Assembly: GCA_964476125.1 (NCBI GenBank)
Contig: CAYZAE010000003.1
Location: 25,804-89,803 of the forward strand
Origin: an uncultured Verrucomicrobiota bacterium
GTDB taxonomy: Bacteria; Verrucomicrobiota; Verrucomicrobiia; Limisphaerales; CAIMTB01
Direction: 5' to 3'
DNA length: 64,000 nucleotides
In this document: one piece after another, positions 35,184 through 43,685 of the stretch
How positions within the stretch are numbered: the stretch's first letter is position 1
Layout of the letters: each line of letters begins with the position of its first letter
Position numbers and translations under genes: made by a program
Notes under the pieces: generated by a model
Told to the model about the DNA's origin: nothing
The model's database searches: none
Seen by the model: the letters and a program-made list of their open reading frames with translations, nothing else

Positions 35184-35873
35184 CTATGCGGGGCGCATGT
35201 CCGATTGGATCCAGGCCGGGATTTCGGTGAGGGACCGGATCTGGAGGTCGCGGGACTGGGCGTCGCGCCGCAGGTGGAGGGCCTGGAGCCCGGCGCCGAT
35301 GGCTCCGGTGAAGTCTTCCCGGAGCGCATCACCGACGTGCAGGACGGCGGTCGTGGGGTGTCCGAGCCGGCGCAAAGCCTCCTCGAAAATCACCGGGGAC
35401 GGCTTCACGAAACCGGTCTCGCACGAGATGACGATGGCGTTGAAGTAGCGGTCCAATCGGAGTTCCCCCAGAAGCGGTCTCAGGCGTTCGTCCCAGTTTG
35501 AGATGATGCCTAGGTCGATCCCCTGCGCGGCGAGGGATTCGAGGGTGGGCAGCACGTCTTCGAACAGCCGCCAGGCCCTGGGAAAGGTGAATTCCTGGTA
35601 GAGTTCCTCGAAGAAGGTTTCGCTGGGCGGCCGCGTGACCAATCCCTCGAACACGGCGTCCACGAGCCGTTCCCAGTCCTGCCGGTGATGCTGGAAGGGC
35701 CGGACCTTGCGCCAGGCTTCGGTGAACCGGGATTCGAGCAGTTCCGGGGAAAGTTTGGGAAAGCCGTGGCGGGCCGCGATCCGGGCGTAGATCTCCCCCA
35801 CGGAAGGCGCCGGGGTGATGAGGGTCCCTCCGACATCGAAGGTGACGGCCTGGAGGCTGGATTTGCGGGGCAT
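35184..35873 (-). CDS. HAD-IA family hydrolase (REG-2-like subgroup)
   Basis: Motif I is the variant VTFDVGGTLI, motif II is ISNWD, and motif IV is HVGDALREDFTGAIGAG. Confidence 0.85.
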   Translation of the reverse strand: MPRKSSLQAVTFDVGGTLITPAPSVGEIYARIAARHGFPKLSPELLESRFTEAWRKVRPFQHHRQDWERLVDAVFEGLVTRPPSETFFEELYQEFTFPRAWRLFEDVLPTLESLAAQGIDLGIISNWDERLRPLLGELRLDRYFNAIVISCETGFVKPSPVIFEEALRRLGHPTTAVLHVGDALREDFTGAIGAGLQALHLRRDAQSRDLQIRSLTEIPAWIQSDMRPA

Positions 35874-35887
35874 GGGTCAGGAGGAGA

Positions 35888-35915
35888 GGGGAGATGGGAG
35901 TGGGGAGATGGGAGT
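35888..35915. repeat. Perfect tandem duplication 2 x 14 nt (GGGGAGATGGGAGT) within a purine-only spacer (35881-35930 on the + strand)
   Basis: Read directly. It occupies the 58-nt gap between the esterase stop (35932) and the HAD start (35873). On the coding (minus) strand it is a C/U-rich leader. Confidence 0.9.
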
Positions 35916-35931
35916 CGGGGGAGGGGAGTTA

Positions 35932-36720
35932 TCAGGGTAAACGGTGGGACAGAAACCAGTCGTAGAGAGCGGGGTTCGCGTAGCTCTCGGTCCATGAATC
36001 GTGGCCCGCTTCCGGATAGGTGGTGAGCCGGACCTTGTTTCCCAGGCGCGCGAAGGCGGCGACCATGGATTGGCTGTCGGCGAGGGGCACGACGGTGTCC
36101 TTGGCTCCGTGAAACGCCCAGATCGGCAGCCGGGTGAGTCCGGATTTTCGTGGTTCCTCGGAGAGCCAGACGCGGACGGGATCGCCCCAGCCGCAGATGG
36201 GGGCAACGGCGGCGAACCGTTCGGGGTGGGCGGTGGCCCAGGCCCAGGTCCCGTTTCCGCCCATGCTCAGCCCGGTCAGGTAGACGCGCTTGGGATCGAT
36301 GGCGTACTGGCGAAGCACTTCGTCGAGGAGAAGTTCCAGTTCGTCGACGTTCCAAAATCGGCCTTCGGGACACTGGGGGGAGACCACGACGAAGGGGAAT
36401 CCGGGTTGGGAAGGGGCGATTTTCGGGGGGCCATGGACTGTGACGCGTTCGATGGCGTTGCCGCGTTCGCCGGCGCCGTGGAGGAAGAGGAGCAGGGGCC
36501 AGGACGGGGTGGTATCGCGTCGGTAGTCGGCGGGAAGAAACACCTGGCATTGGAAGTGCGATTCGAGGGTCCGTGTGGCGAGGAATTCCCGGGGTTTCTG
36601 CGCCCCCGGGGCGTCGGTGAGCGAGGGGAGCGAAGGCTGGGAGACGCACCCGGAAAAGAGGGTGACTGCGGCGGCTGCCACGAAGGAACGCAGGACACGG
36701 TGAATCACAGGGAAGGTCAT
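35932..36720 (-). CDS. Secreted alpha/beta-hydrolase (carboxylesterase/phospholipase-type serine esterase)
   Basis: A signal peptide is followed by LLLFLHGAGERGN, the nucleophile elbow GLSMGGNG, FHGAKDTVVP, and a His in EAGHDSW. Confidence 0.85.
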   Translation of the reverse strand: MTFPVIHRVLRSFVAAAAVTLFSGCVSQPSLPSLTDAPGAQKPREFLATRTLESHFQCQVFLPADYRRDTTPSWPLLLFLHGAGERGNAIERVTVHGPPKIAPSQPGFPFVVVSPQCPEGRFWNVDELELLLDEVLRQYAIDPKRVYLTGLSMGGNGTWAWATAHPERFAAVAPICGWGDPVRVWLSEEPRKSGLTRLPIWAFHGAKDTVVPLADSQSMVAAFARLGNKVRLTTYPEAGHDSWTESYANPALYDWFLSHRLP

Positions 36721-36935
36721 GGAACGCGTTCACGCTAGCCTGAATTTCGTCCGGCGTCATGGGGAAGGTGGCCGTTGGGAGTTATCAGTTTCGTCCCGAA
36801 GATTCATGGTGAAACACAATGTGGGACCTTGATTTCAGGGCAGTTGCGGGCCCCTGCGGGATTTCGCACCAAGACTCTTGCAGTTTCCGGGGCCGCTGTT
36901 GAAGTGGCTCGCGAAGGGTCAATCCACCGAGTCCC

Positions 36936-37346
36936 GTGGAAGAAGTTCTCAAAACAGATTTGTTGTACGTCGCCGCCTTCTGTCTCGGCGGACTGGTCTT
37001 CGCGGTCGGGCCCTTCGTGGCGGTTTTCCTCCTTTCCGCACGCCGGACCCGGGCTTACGCGAACAAGACGGATCAGGCGGTCGAATGCGGCATGGAACCG
37101 ATCGGCGACGCCTGGATCCGGTACAGCGCTGTTTACTATCTCTACGCGCTCGTCTTTGTCGCCTTCGCGGTGGACGTCCTTTACCTGATCCCCGTGGCCA
37201 TCGTTTACGACCGGGTGTTCCCGATCCGGGACCTGGTCGAGGTGCTTCTCTTTGTTGGGATTCTTTCGCTGGTGATCGTCTACGCCTGGAAGAAAGGGGT
37301 TTTTCAATGGAATCAAAAGAACAGCCGGGATGCGGTTGCCAGGTGA
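36936..37346 (+). CDS. nuoA: NADH-quinone oxidoreductase subunit A
   Basis: This is a three-helix protein with YECGMEP-like [11 protein letters not shown] and [20 protein letters not shown]. The start is GTG as given in the track. Confidence 0.9.
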   Translation: MEEVLKTDLLYVAAFCLGGLVFAVGPFVAVFLLSARRTRAYANKTDQAVECGMEPIGDAWIRYSAVYYLYALVFVAFAVDVLYLIPVAIVYDRVFPIRDLVEVLLFVGILSLVIVYAWKKGVFQWNQKNSRDAVAR

Positions 37347-37939
37347 GCGGCGGGTCGCCCCAAGCGCCCGCCGCCACCACCCCCGCGTCCGTCAGCACGG
37401 ACGCCGCCGGAATCGCGCATCCGGTCGAATCAGGGGGGGCTTCGGAGGTTTCCCCGGATTGTTCGTCGATCGTCCGCTTCGCCAAACTGGATGAACTTCT
37501 CGCCCTCGGCCGGGCGAATTCGCTCTGGCCACTGACCTTCGGGCTGGCGTGCTGCGCGATCGAGATGATGGCGGCGGGCGCCTCCCGCTTCGATATCTCC
37601 CGCTTCGGGGCCGAGGTCTTCCGTCCTTCGCCGCGGCAGGCGGATGTGATGATCGTTGCGGGGACCATCAACCGGAAGATGGCCCAGGCCGTGAAGACCC
37701 TTTACGACCAGATGCCCGAGCCCAAGTGGGTGATTGCCATGGGCAACTGCGCGATCTCCGGCGGCCCGTTCGTTTTTCCCGGTCAGTACGCCGTGGTGGA
37801 GGGGGTGGACAAGTTGTTCCCGGTGGATGTCTACGTCCCCGGATGCCCGCCCCGGCCGGAGGCGCTGATCGAGGGCATTCTTGCGCTGGAGGAAAAGATC
37901 ACCGGCAAACGCCGCTGGCCGAGGGTGAAACCCCAATGA
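37307..37939 (+). CDS. nuoB: NADH-quinone oxidoreductase subunit B (carries the N2 cluster) with a low-complexity N-terminal extension
   Basis: Motifs are [18 protein letters not shown] and [12 protein letters not shown] 37307 has AAAGGGG upstream. An alternative GTG start at 37343 would give a GTGA overlap with the nuoA stop. Confidence 0.93.
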   Translation: MESKEQPGCGCQVSGGSPQAPAATTPASVSTDAAGIAHPVESGGASEVSPDCSSIVRFAKLDELLALGRANSLWPLTFGLACCAIEMMAAGASRFDISRFGAEVFRPSPRQADVMIVAGTINRKMAQAVKTLYDQMPEPKWVIAMGNCAISGGPFVFPGQYAVVEGVDKLFPVDVYVPGCPPRPEALIEGILALEEKITGKRRWPRVKPQ

Positions 37940-38496
37940 CGCCGACGCCCACACTCGAGGCCCTGCACATGGCGTTCACCGAGCTTCTGGCGCCCGGCAC
38001 GGAGGCCGCTGTATCTCCCGCATCGGACCTGGCGACGGCGGGATCGGAGTCCGCCGGGAGTCTGGTTGGGGTTGTCGCGCCGGCATCAGCGACGTCGCCG
38101 TGCCAGTTGACCGATCCCAGGAAGAAGGGCTGGCATCTGGATGTCCGGGTGTCGCCGGAGCAGGTGGTGGAGGCGGCCCGGTTGGTCGACCGGCAGGGTT
38201 TTGCGATCGACACCGTGACTGGAGTGGACTGGCTGGCGGCCGGTGAGATGGAGGTGGTGTACGATTTCTTCCACCCGACCCTCCCGCTCCGGATTGTGAT
38301 CCGGACCCGGGTTCCTCGGTCCAAACCCGAGGTCCCGACGATTTCGGAGGTGTTTCCGGGAGCCAACTGGCACGAGCGGGAGACGCACGATTTCTTCGGG
38401 ATTGTGTTTTTGGGGCATCCGGATCTTTCGCCCTTGCTGCTGCCCGAGGACGCCGACTTTCACCCGTTGAGAAAGGATTTCCCCGGTGTTACTTGA
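37936..38496 (+). CDS. nuoC: NADH-quinone oxidoreductase subunit C
   Basis: It overlaps nuoB by ATGA. Matching segments are [20 protein letters not shown] and [27 protein letters not shown]. Confidence 0.9.
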   Translation: MTPTPTLEALHMAFTELLAPGTEAAVSPASDLATAGSESAGSLVGVVAPASATSPCQLTDPRKKGWHLDVRVSPEQVVEAARLVDRQGFAIDTVTGVDWLAAGEMEVVYDFFHPTLPLRIVIRTRVPRSKPEVPTISEVFPGANWHERETHDFFGIVFLGHPDLSPLLLPEDADFHPLRKDFPGVT

Positions 38497-39613
38497 GAAA
38501 ACCAGCGGGGTGAAGGTCGGGGACAACGAGACGTTTGTCCTGAACCTGGGGCCGCAGCATCCGGCGACGCATGGGGTTCTCCGGGTCAAGCTGACGATGG
38601 ACGGGGAGTACATCAACCGGGCGGAGCCGGTGCCCGGGTACATCCATCGGATGCACGAGAAGATGGGGGAGAACCGGACCTGGGCGCAGTTTCTGCCGAA
38701 CACGAGCCGCATCGACTACCTTTCGGCGATGACCTACACGCACGCCTATGTGGCGGCGGTGGAGCGGGCGGCCGGGATCGAGGTGCCGCTCCGGGCGGAG
38801 TATCTGCGGGTCATCACTTCCGAACTGAACCGGGTCTCGAGTCACCTGGTCTGGTTCGGGGCGTTCCTTCTCGATCTCGGGGGATTCACGCCGCTGCTGT
38901 ACGCCTTCGACGACCGCGAGAAGATCCTGGACCTGCTCGAGAGTGTGACCGGCGCCCGGCTGACCTACTGTTATTACCGCTTTGGCGGACTCTACAACGA
39001 CGTCGAGCCCGAGTTTCTCTCCGGCACGCTGGATTTCGTGAAGTACATGGGGCCTCGGCTGGACATGTACCGGCAGTTGGTGACGGACAACATCATTCTG
39101 AAGAAACGGCTGGAGGGCGTGGGCCCGATCGACGCGGAGATGTGCCGTCGGTATGGCGCCACCGGTCCGGTGATCCGCGGCGCCGGGGTGCCGTGCGATG
39201 TGAGACGGGTGGAGCCGTACTCGATCTATCCCGAGTTGGATTTTGAGATTCCGGTGTTTCCCGAGGGGGACTGCATGGCGCGGTATCTGGTCCGCATGGA
39301 GGAGATCCGCCAGAGCCTGAGAATCATCGAGCAAGCCATTGGAAAGCTCCCCGAGGGGCCGGTCCAGTCCAAGGTTCCGCGGTCGGTGAAGGTGCCGGCC
39401 GGCGACTATTATTTCGCCGTGGAGGCCGCGCGCGGCCGGTTTGCGGTGCGCATCGTGAGCGACGGGAAGGAGATCCCGTACCGCGTGAAACTCCGGACGC
39501 CCTCGTTTTCAAATCTCAGCCTCTTTGAGGAAGCCAGTCGCGGGATGATGCTGCCCGACGCGCTGGCCCTGATGGGCACGCTGGACCTTGTGATTCCCGA
39601 CATTGACCGCTGA
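38486..39613 (+). CDS. nuoD: NADH-quinone oxidoreductase subunit D
   Basis: Matching segments are LNLGPQHPATHGVLRV, RIDYLSAM, GATGPVIRGAGVPCDVRR, and the C-terminal LDLVIPDIDR. The GTG start overlaps the nuoC end. Confidence 0.93.
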   Translation: MLLEKTSGVKVGDNETFVLNLGPQHPATHGVLRVKLTMDGEYINRAEPVPGYIHRMHEKMGENRTWAQFLPNTSRIDYLSAMTYTHAYVAAVERAAGIEVPLRAEYLRVITSELNRVSSHLVWFGAFLLDLGGFTPLLYAFDDREKILDLLESVTGARLTYCYYRFGGLYNDVEPEFLSGTLDFVKYMGPRLDMYRQLVTDNIILKKRLEGVGPIDAEMCRRYGATGPVIRGAGVPCDVRRVEPYSIYPELDFEIPVFPEGDCMARYLVRMEEIRQSLRIIEQAIGKLPEGPVQSKVPRSVKVPAGDYYFAVEAARGRFAVRIVSDGKEIPYRVKLRTPSFSNLSLFEEASRGMMLPDALALMGTLDLVIPDIDR

Positions 39614-39631
39614 TTTTTCGCCGACACTCCC

Positions 39632-40642
39632 ATGTCCCTCCTGGCCTTCACTCTCAGCCTCCCGGAACCCTACCGGCTGATCGTGTTTCTGGCGGGCACG
39701 ATGGCCTTTGTGGGTTTGAACGCGGCGTATCTGGTGTGGGTGGAGCGGAAGGGGGCGGCGCGGTTTCAGCGGCGTCCGGGCCCGACCGAAGTGGGGCCGG
39801 CGGGGCTGCTTCAGCCGATTGCCGACGCCCTCAAGCTCCTTTCAAAGCAGGTGCATGTGCCTCCGGATGGGGATCGCATGCTGTTCCGTCTGGCGCCGGT
39901 GATGGTGATGGCGCCGGCGTTGATGTGCCTTTCGACGATTCCGTTCAGCGAGACGATCGCGGCGCGGAACCTGGATCTCGGGCTGGTGATGGTGTTTGCG
40001 TTCGGTTCGATCAACGTGATGGCGATCATGCTCGGGGGGTGGGCGTCGCGGAACAAGTACTCGATCATCTCCGCGGCGCGCATCGTCTCCCAGAACGTCG
40101 CCTACGAGATTCCGATGCTGCTGGTGGTGATCACCATCCTGATGATCACCGGCACCACCAACCTGCACACCATCGTGGAGCAGCAGAAGGGTGGGTTCTG
40201 GCACTGGAACATCCTGAAGCTCTCGGCCAACCCGCTGATGCCGGTAACCTTCCTGGTTTACTTCATCTGCATGCTGGCGGAGACGAACCGGGCGCCTTTC
40301 GACATGGCGGAGGCCGAGAGCGAACTCGTCGCCGGCGCCTTCACGGAATACGCCGGCATGGGTTTCGGGGTCTTCTTCATGGCCGAGTACGCCAACATCC
40401 TGGTCGGCTGCAGCCTGGCGACCGTCATCTTCTTCGGGGGCTGGGACAGTCCGATCGGGTTCCTCCCGGGCGTCGTGTGGTTCCTGCTGAAGCTCTACGC
40501 TCTCATTTTCACGGTGGTCTGGGTCCGGTGGACCTTTCCGCGCACCCAGTTCTACCGGTTGCTGAACCTCTCCTGGTACATCCTGATCCCGGTCTCCCTC
40601 GGGATCCTGGTCCTCACCAGCGTGATGCTGAAAATCTTCTGA
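39632..40642 (+). CDS. nuoH: NADH-quinone oxidoreductase subunit H
   Basis: It starts only 18 nt after the nuoD stop. Matching segments are VWVERKGAARFQRRPGP, LLQPIADALKL and AETNRAPFDMAEAESELVAG. Confidence 0.95.
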   Translation: MSLLAFTLSLPEPYRLIVFLAGTMAFVGLNAAYLVWVERKGAARFQRRPGPTEVGPAGLLQPIADALKLLSKQVHVPPDGDRMLFRLAPVMVMAPALMCLSTIPFSETIAARNLDLGLVMVFAFGSINVMAIMLGGWASRNKYSIISAARIVSQNVAYEIPMLLVVITILMITGTTNLHTIVEQQKGGFWHWNILKLSANPLMPVTFLVYFICMLAETNRAPFDMAEAESELVAGAFTEYAGMGFGVFFMAEYANILVGCSLATVIFFGGWDSPIGFLPGVVWFLLKLYALIFTVVWVRWTFPRTQFYRLLNLSWYILIPVSLGILVLTSVMLKIF

Positions 40643-40649
40643 TCCGGCC

Positions 40650-41096
40650 ATGAAACGAGCATTGATCGAATTGCTGAGCGGTCTCTGGAGCCTGGTGACG
40701 GGCATGCGGATCACCCTGCAGCAGTTCTTCAAGAAGGACGTCACCGTGCGCTATCCGCACGAGTCGCTGAAAATGCCCAAGCGTTTCCGCGGCCACGTCG
40801 TCCTGGTCCGGGACCCCGAATCCGGGAAATCCCTCTGCGTCGCCTGCAAGAGCTGCCAGAAGGCCTGCCCCAGCGAATGCATCGTCGTCGATGGCCTCAA
40901 ACGCGAGGGCGAGAAGAAGAAGTCGGTGACCGAGTTCACCGTGGATTTTACCAAGTGCAGCCTGTGCGGTTCATGCGTCGAGGTTTGCCCGGCGGACGCC
41001 CTGGAGTTTTCCAAGGACTACAACATGGCGAGCACCAGCAAGGATGCGTTCGTGCGGATCGACCTCGTGAAACGGATGGAGGAGGGGCCGAAATGA
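40650..41096 (+). CDS. nuoI: NADH-quinone oxidoreductase subunit I (2x[4Fe-4S])
   Basis: Two ferredoxin motifs are present, CVACKSCQKACP and CSLCGSCVEVCP, and the N-terminal part reads RYPHE. Confidence 0.93.
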   Translation: MKRALIELLSGLWSLVTGMRITLQQFFKKDVTVRYPHESLKMPKRFRGHVVLVRDPESGKSLCVACKSCQKACPSECIVVDGLKREGEKKKSVTEFTVDFTKCSLCGSCVEVCPADALEFSKDYNMASTSKDAFVRIDLVKRMEEGPK

Positions 41097-41629
41097 ACGA
41101 GTTTCCGGCAGCCAGGCTGATTCTTCACGCGGTTTTCGGCGCGTCGGTGGTGGTCACCCTTGCCGGAGCGCTGCTGGCGATTTCCACCGTCCGCATCATC
41201 CGGAGCGTGTGCGGACTGGCGCTGTGCTGCGTGGGGCTGGCCGGGGTGTACTACTTCCTGCACAGCCCGTTCCTGGCCCTGATGCAGATCCTCATCTACG
41301 TCGGTGCCGTGTGCATCACGATCATCTTCGCGGTGATGCTGGCGGAGCCGGATGAACCCGAGGAGCCGGCCTCGGAACGGCCCTCGAAGGCTTTGACGGT
41401 TCTTTCGTTGGGTGGCGGGGTGGCCCTGGCCTGGGCGGTGGCGGCCCTGGGATTGGGCGGATCCTGGAAGGTTCCGACGGCACCGCTGGCGAATGATGGA
41501 TCGCTGAAGGCGATCGGGATCGCCTTGCTGACCACCTACAGCGTGGCCTTCGAGACGATGTCGCTGGTCCTGCTGGTGGCGATCCTCGGAGCCCTGGCGG
41601 TGGCTCATGGCGGAAGGAGGCGCGAATGA
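41093..41629 (+). CDS. nuoJ: NADH-quinone oxidoreductase subunit J
   Basis: It overlaps nuoI by ATGA. The sequence FLALMQILIYVGAVCITIIFAVML and the hydrophobic profile are typical of subunit 6. Confidence 0.88.
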   Translation: MNEFPAARLILHAVFGASVVVTLAGALLAISTVRIIRSVCGLALCCVGLAGVYYFLHSPFLALMQILIYVGAVCITIIFAVMLAEPDEPEEPASERPSKALTVLSLGGGVALAWAVAALGLGGSWKVPTAPLANDGSLKAIGIALLTTYSVAFETMSLVLLVAILGALAVAHGGRRRE

Positions 41630-41952
41630 ACGGGGCGGCGATCTATGAGCAACCGGCGGTCTACCTGATTCTGGCGGCGATGCTGCTGGCCATCGGGCTG
41701 GTCGGGCTGATCCGCCGCCGGACCCTGATCGGGATGCTGATCTCGGGCGAGATCCTGTTCATCGCGGCGTCCCTCAATTTCCTGGCCGTGAACCGGTTCT
41801 TCTCTCCCGATCCTGCGGTGGGTCAGGTGTGCGTCCTGTTTCTCATGGGGCTGGCCGCCGCCGAGGTGTCGGTCGGGTTGAGCATCGTGATCGCGGTCTA
41901 CCGCAACTACCGATCGATCCGGTCGAGGGACCTCTCGGAAATGAACGGATAA
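41626..41952 (+). CDS. nuoK: NADH-quinone oxidoreductase subunit K
   Basis: It overlaps nuoJ by ATGA, with GGAAGGAGG upstream. It has three helices. Matching segments are MLISGEILFIAASLNF and AAAEVSVGLSIVIAVYRNY. Confidence 0.9.
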   Translation: MNGAAIYEQPAVYLILAAMLLAIGLVGLIRRRTLIGMLISGEILFIAASLNFLAVNRFFSPDPAVGQVCVLFLMGLAAAEVSVGLSIVIAVYRNYRSIRSRDLSEMNG

Positions 41953-41955
41953 ACC

Positions 41956-43428
41956 ATGCCGGTGCAGCACGACATCCGACTTTTGCTGGCGCTGCTGGCG
42001 CCCCTCGCCGGCGCGGGTCTGGTCATGGCGACCGGGCGCCGTCCCAACGTCCGCGAAGCCTGCTCCTTCCTGTCCGCCGTCGTCTTGTTCGGGCTGACCG
42101 CCTCCCTGATCCCGGAGGTCCGGGCCGGGCACACCCTCGGGTACACCGTGTTCGAGATGCTGCCGGGACTTGCCGTTCGGCTGCGGGCGGATGCGCTGTC
42201 GATGATCTTCGCCGTCTCGGCGTCGTTTCTTTGGATCCTCGCGGTGTCGTATTCGGCGGGGTACATGCGCGGCCTCAAGGAGCATGCGCAGACCCGTTTC
42301 AACGCGTGTTTTGCGCTCGCGCTTTTCGGGGCGATCGGATGCGCGTTCGCGGACAACCTTCTGACGCTCTACCTGTTTTACGAGATCGTTAGCGTCTGCA
42401 CCTACCCGCTGGTGGCGCATCATCAGGATGCGGAAGGGTATGAGGGCGGCCTCAAGTACATGGTCTACCTGACCACGACCGCGAAGGCCCTGGTCCTGCC
42501 GGCCATGGCCATGGTTTACGTGCTCACCGGAACGCTCGATTTCGCCCACAATTCCCACGCGGGCATCCTCCCGGCCACCGCCAGTGCGGGCGTCGTCACG
42601 GTCCTCTACGTCTGTTTCCTGCTGGGGTTCGCCAAGAATGGAATCATGCCGTTCCATCACTGGCTGCCGGGAGCCATGGTCGCCCCGACGCCCGTCAGCG
42701 CGCTGCTGCATGCCGTCGCGGTGGTGAAGGTGGGTGTGTTCTCGACGGTGCGCGTGATGCTGTACGTGTTCGGCACGGAACGGATGCAGGCGCTGAACCT
42801 CGGCATTCCGACGGCGTGGTTCGTCTCGATCACCATTCTTGTGGCTTCGGTGATTGCGCTGACCAAGGACAACCTCAAGTCCCGCCTCGCGTATTCCACG
42901 GTCAGCCAGCTGTCCTACATCATTCTGGGTGTGGCCCTGCTCACGCCGCGGGGCATCGAGGGCGGTTTGGTGCACATGGCGAATCATGCCTTTGCCAAGA
43001 TCACGTTGTTCTTCTGTGCCGGGGCGATCTACGTGGCCACCCACCGGAAGAACATCTCGGAGATGAGCGGGCTGGGTCGTGCCATGCCGTTCACTTTCGG
43101 GGCCTTCGCCGTGGCGTCCCTGGGCATGATCGGGGCCCCGCCGGTCGCCGGTTTCGTGACCAAGTGGAACCTTCTTCTGGGGGCGGCGGATGCGGGATCC
43201 ATCGGTCTCGTTTGCGTGCTGCTGCTGAGCACGTTGTTGAACGCGGCGTATTTCGTGCCGGTGGTGTACACCGCGTTTTTCGGGAAGGCCGCGGACGACC
43301 ACGGGCATCCGCCCCGGGAGGCGCCCCTGGCGATGGTGGTGCCGCTGACCCTGACCGCGGTGCTCTCGGTGGTGTTCGGGTTTTATCCGGATCTGTTCAT
43401 GGACTTCACCCGTGCGGTGCTGAAATGA
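41956..43428 (+). CDS. Extra antiporter-like (Mrp/NuoL-core type) proton-conducting membrane subunit, 490 aa, with no lateral helix
   Basis: The TM5 Glu context is LYLFYEIVSV. The TM7 Lys context is FAKNGIMPFHHWLPGAMVAPTPVSALLHAVAVVKVGVF, and the APTPVSAL-H motif is the one I associate with NuoL/MrpA. The length is too short to include a NuoL C-terminal helix. Confidence 0.85.
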   Translation: MPVQHDIRLLLALLAPLAGAGLVMATGRRPNVREACSFLSAVVLFGLTASLIPEVRAGHTLGYTVFEMLPGLAVRLRADALSMIFAVSASFLWILAVSYSAGYMRGLKEHAQTRFNACFALALFGAIGCAFADNLLTLYLFYEIVSVCTYPLVAHHQDAEGYEGGLKYMVYLTTTAKALVLPAMAMVYVLTGTLDFAHNSHAGILPATASAGVVTVLYVCFLLGFAKNGIMPFHHWLPGAMVAPTPVSALLHAVAVVKVGVFSTVRVMLYVFGTERMQALNLGIPTAWFVSITILVASVIALTKDNLKSRLAYSTVSQLSYIILGVALLTPRGIEGGLVHMANHAFAKITLFFCAGAIYVATHRKNISEMSGLGRAMPFTFGAFAVASLGMIGAPPVAGFVTKWNLLLGAADAGSIGLVCVLLLSTLLNAAYFVPVVYTAFFGKAADDHGHPPREAPLAMVVPLTLTAVLSVVFGFYPDLFMDFTRAVLK

Positions 43429-43685
43429 AGCTGCTGACCATCATTGAATTCCTGCGTCGCAACCTGAAGGCGGTGGTGCGCGCGTCGTGGGTGGTACTCG
43501 CGCTCCTGGTGGTGGTGGATGCCCTTCCGGGGGTGGTGGACAAGGAGCATGCCCACACCGCGGTGGAGCGGTGGCCGGGTTTCTGGGCGGTGTTCGGGCT
43601 GGTGGGTTGCTCCTTTCTGATCGTGGCTTCGAAGGCATTTGGTCATCTGGGAATCATGAAGCGGGAGGACTACTACGATGAGTGA
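43425..43685 (+). CDS. Unassigned 86-aa two-helix membrane protein embedded in the pump-subunit gene block
   Basis: It overlaps the upstream gene by ATGA and the downstream gene by 8 nt. The sequence is MKLLTIIEFLRRNLKAVVRASWVVLALLVVVDALPG...WPGFWAVFGLVGCSFLIVASKAFGHL...KREDYYDE. I recognise no family. Confidence 0.65.
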   Translation: MKLLTIIEFLRRNLKAVVRASWVVLALLVVVDALPGVVDKEHAHTAVERWPGFWAVFGLVGCSFLIVASKAFGHLGIMKREDYYDE

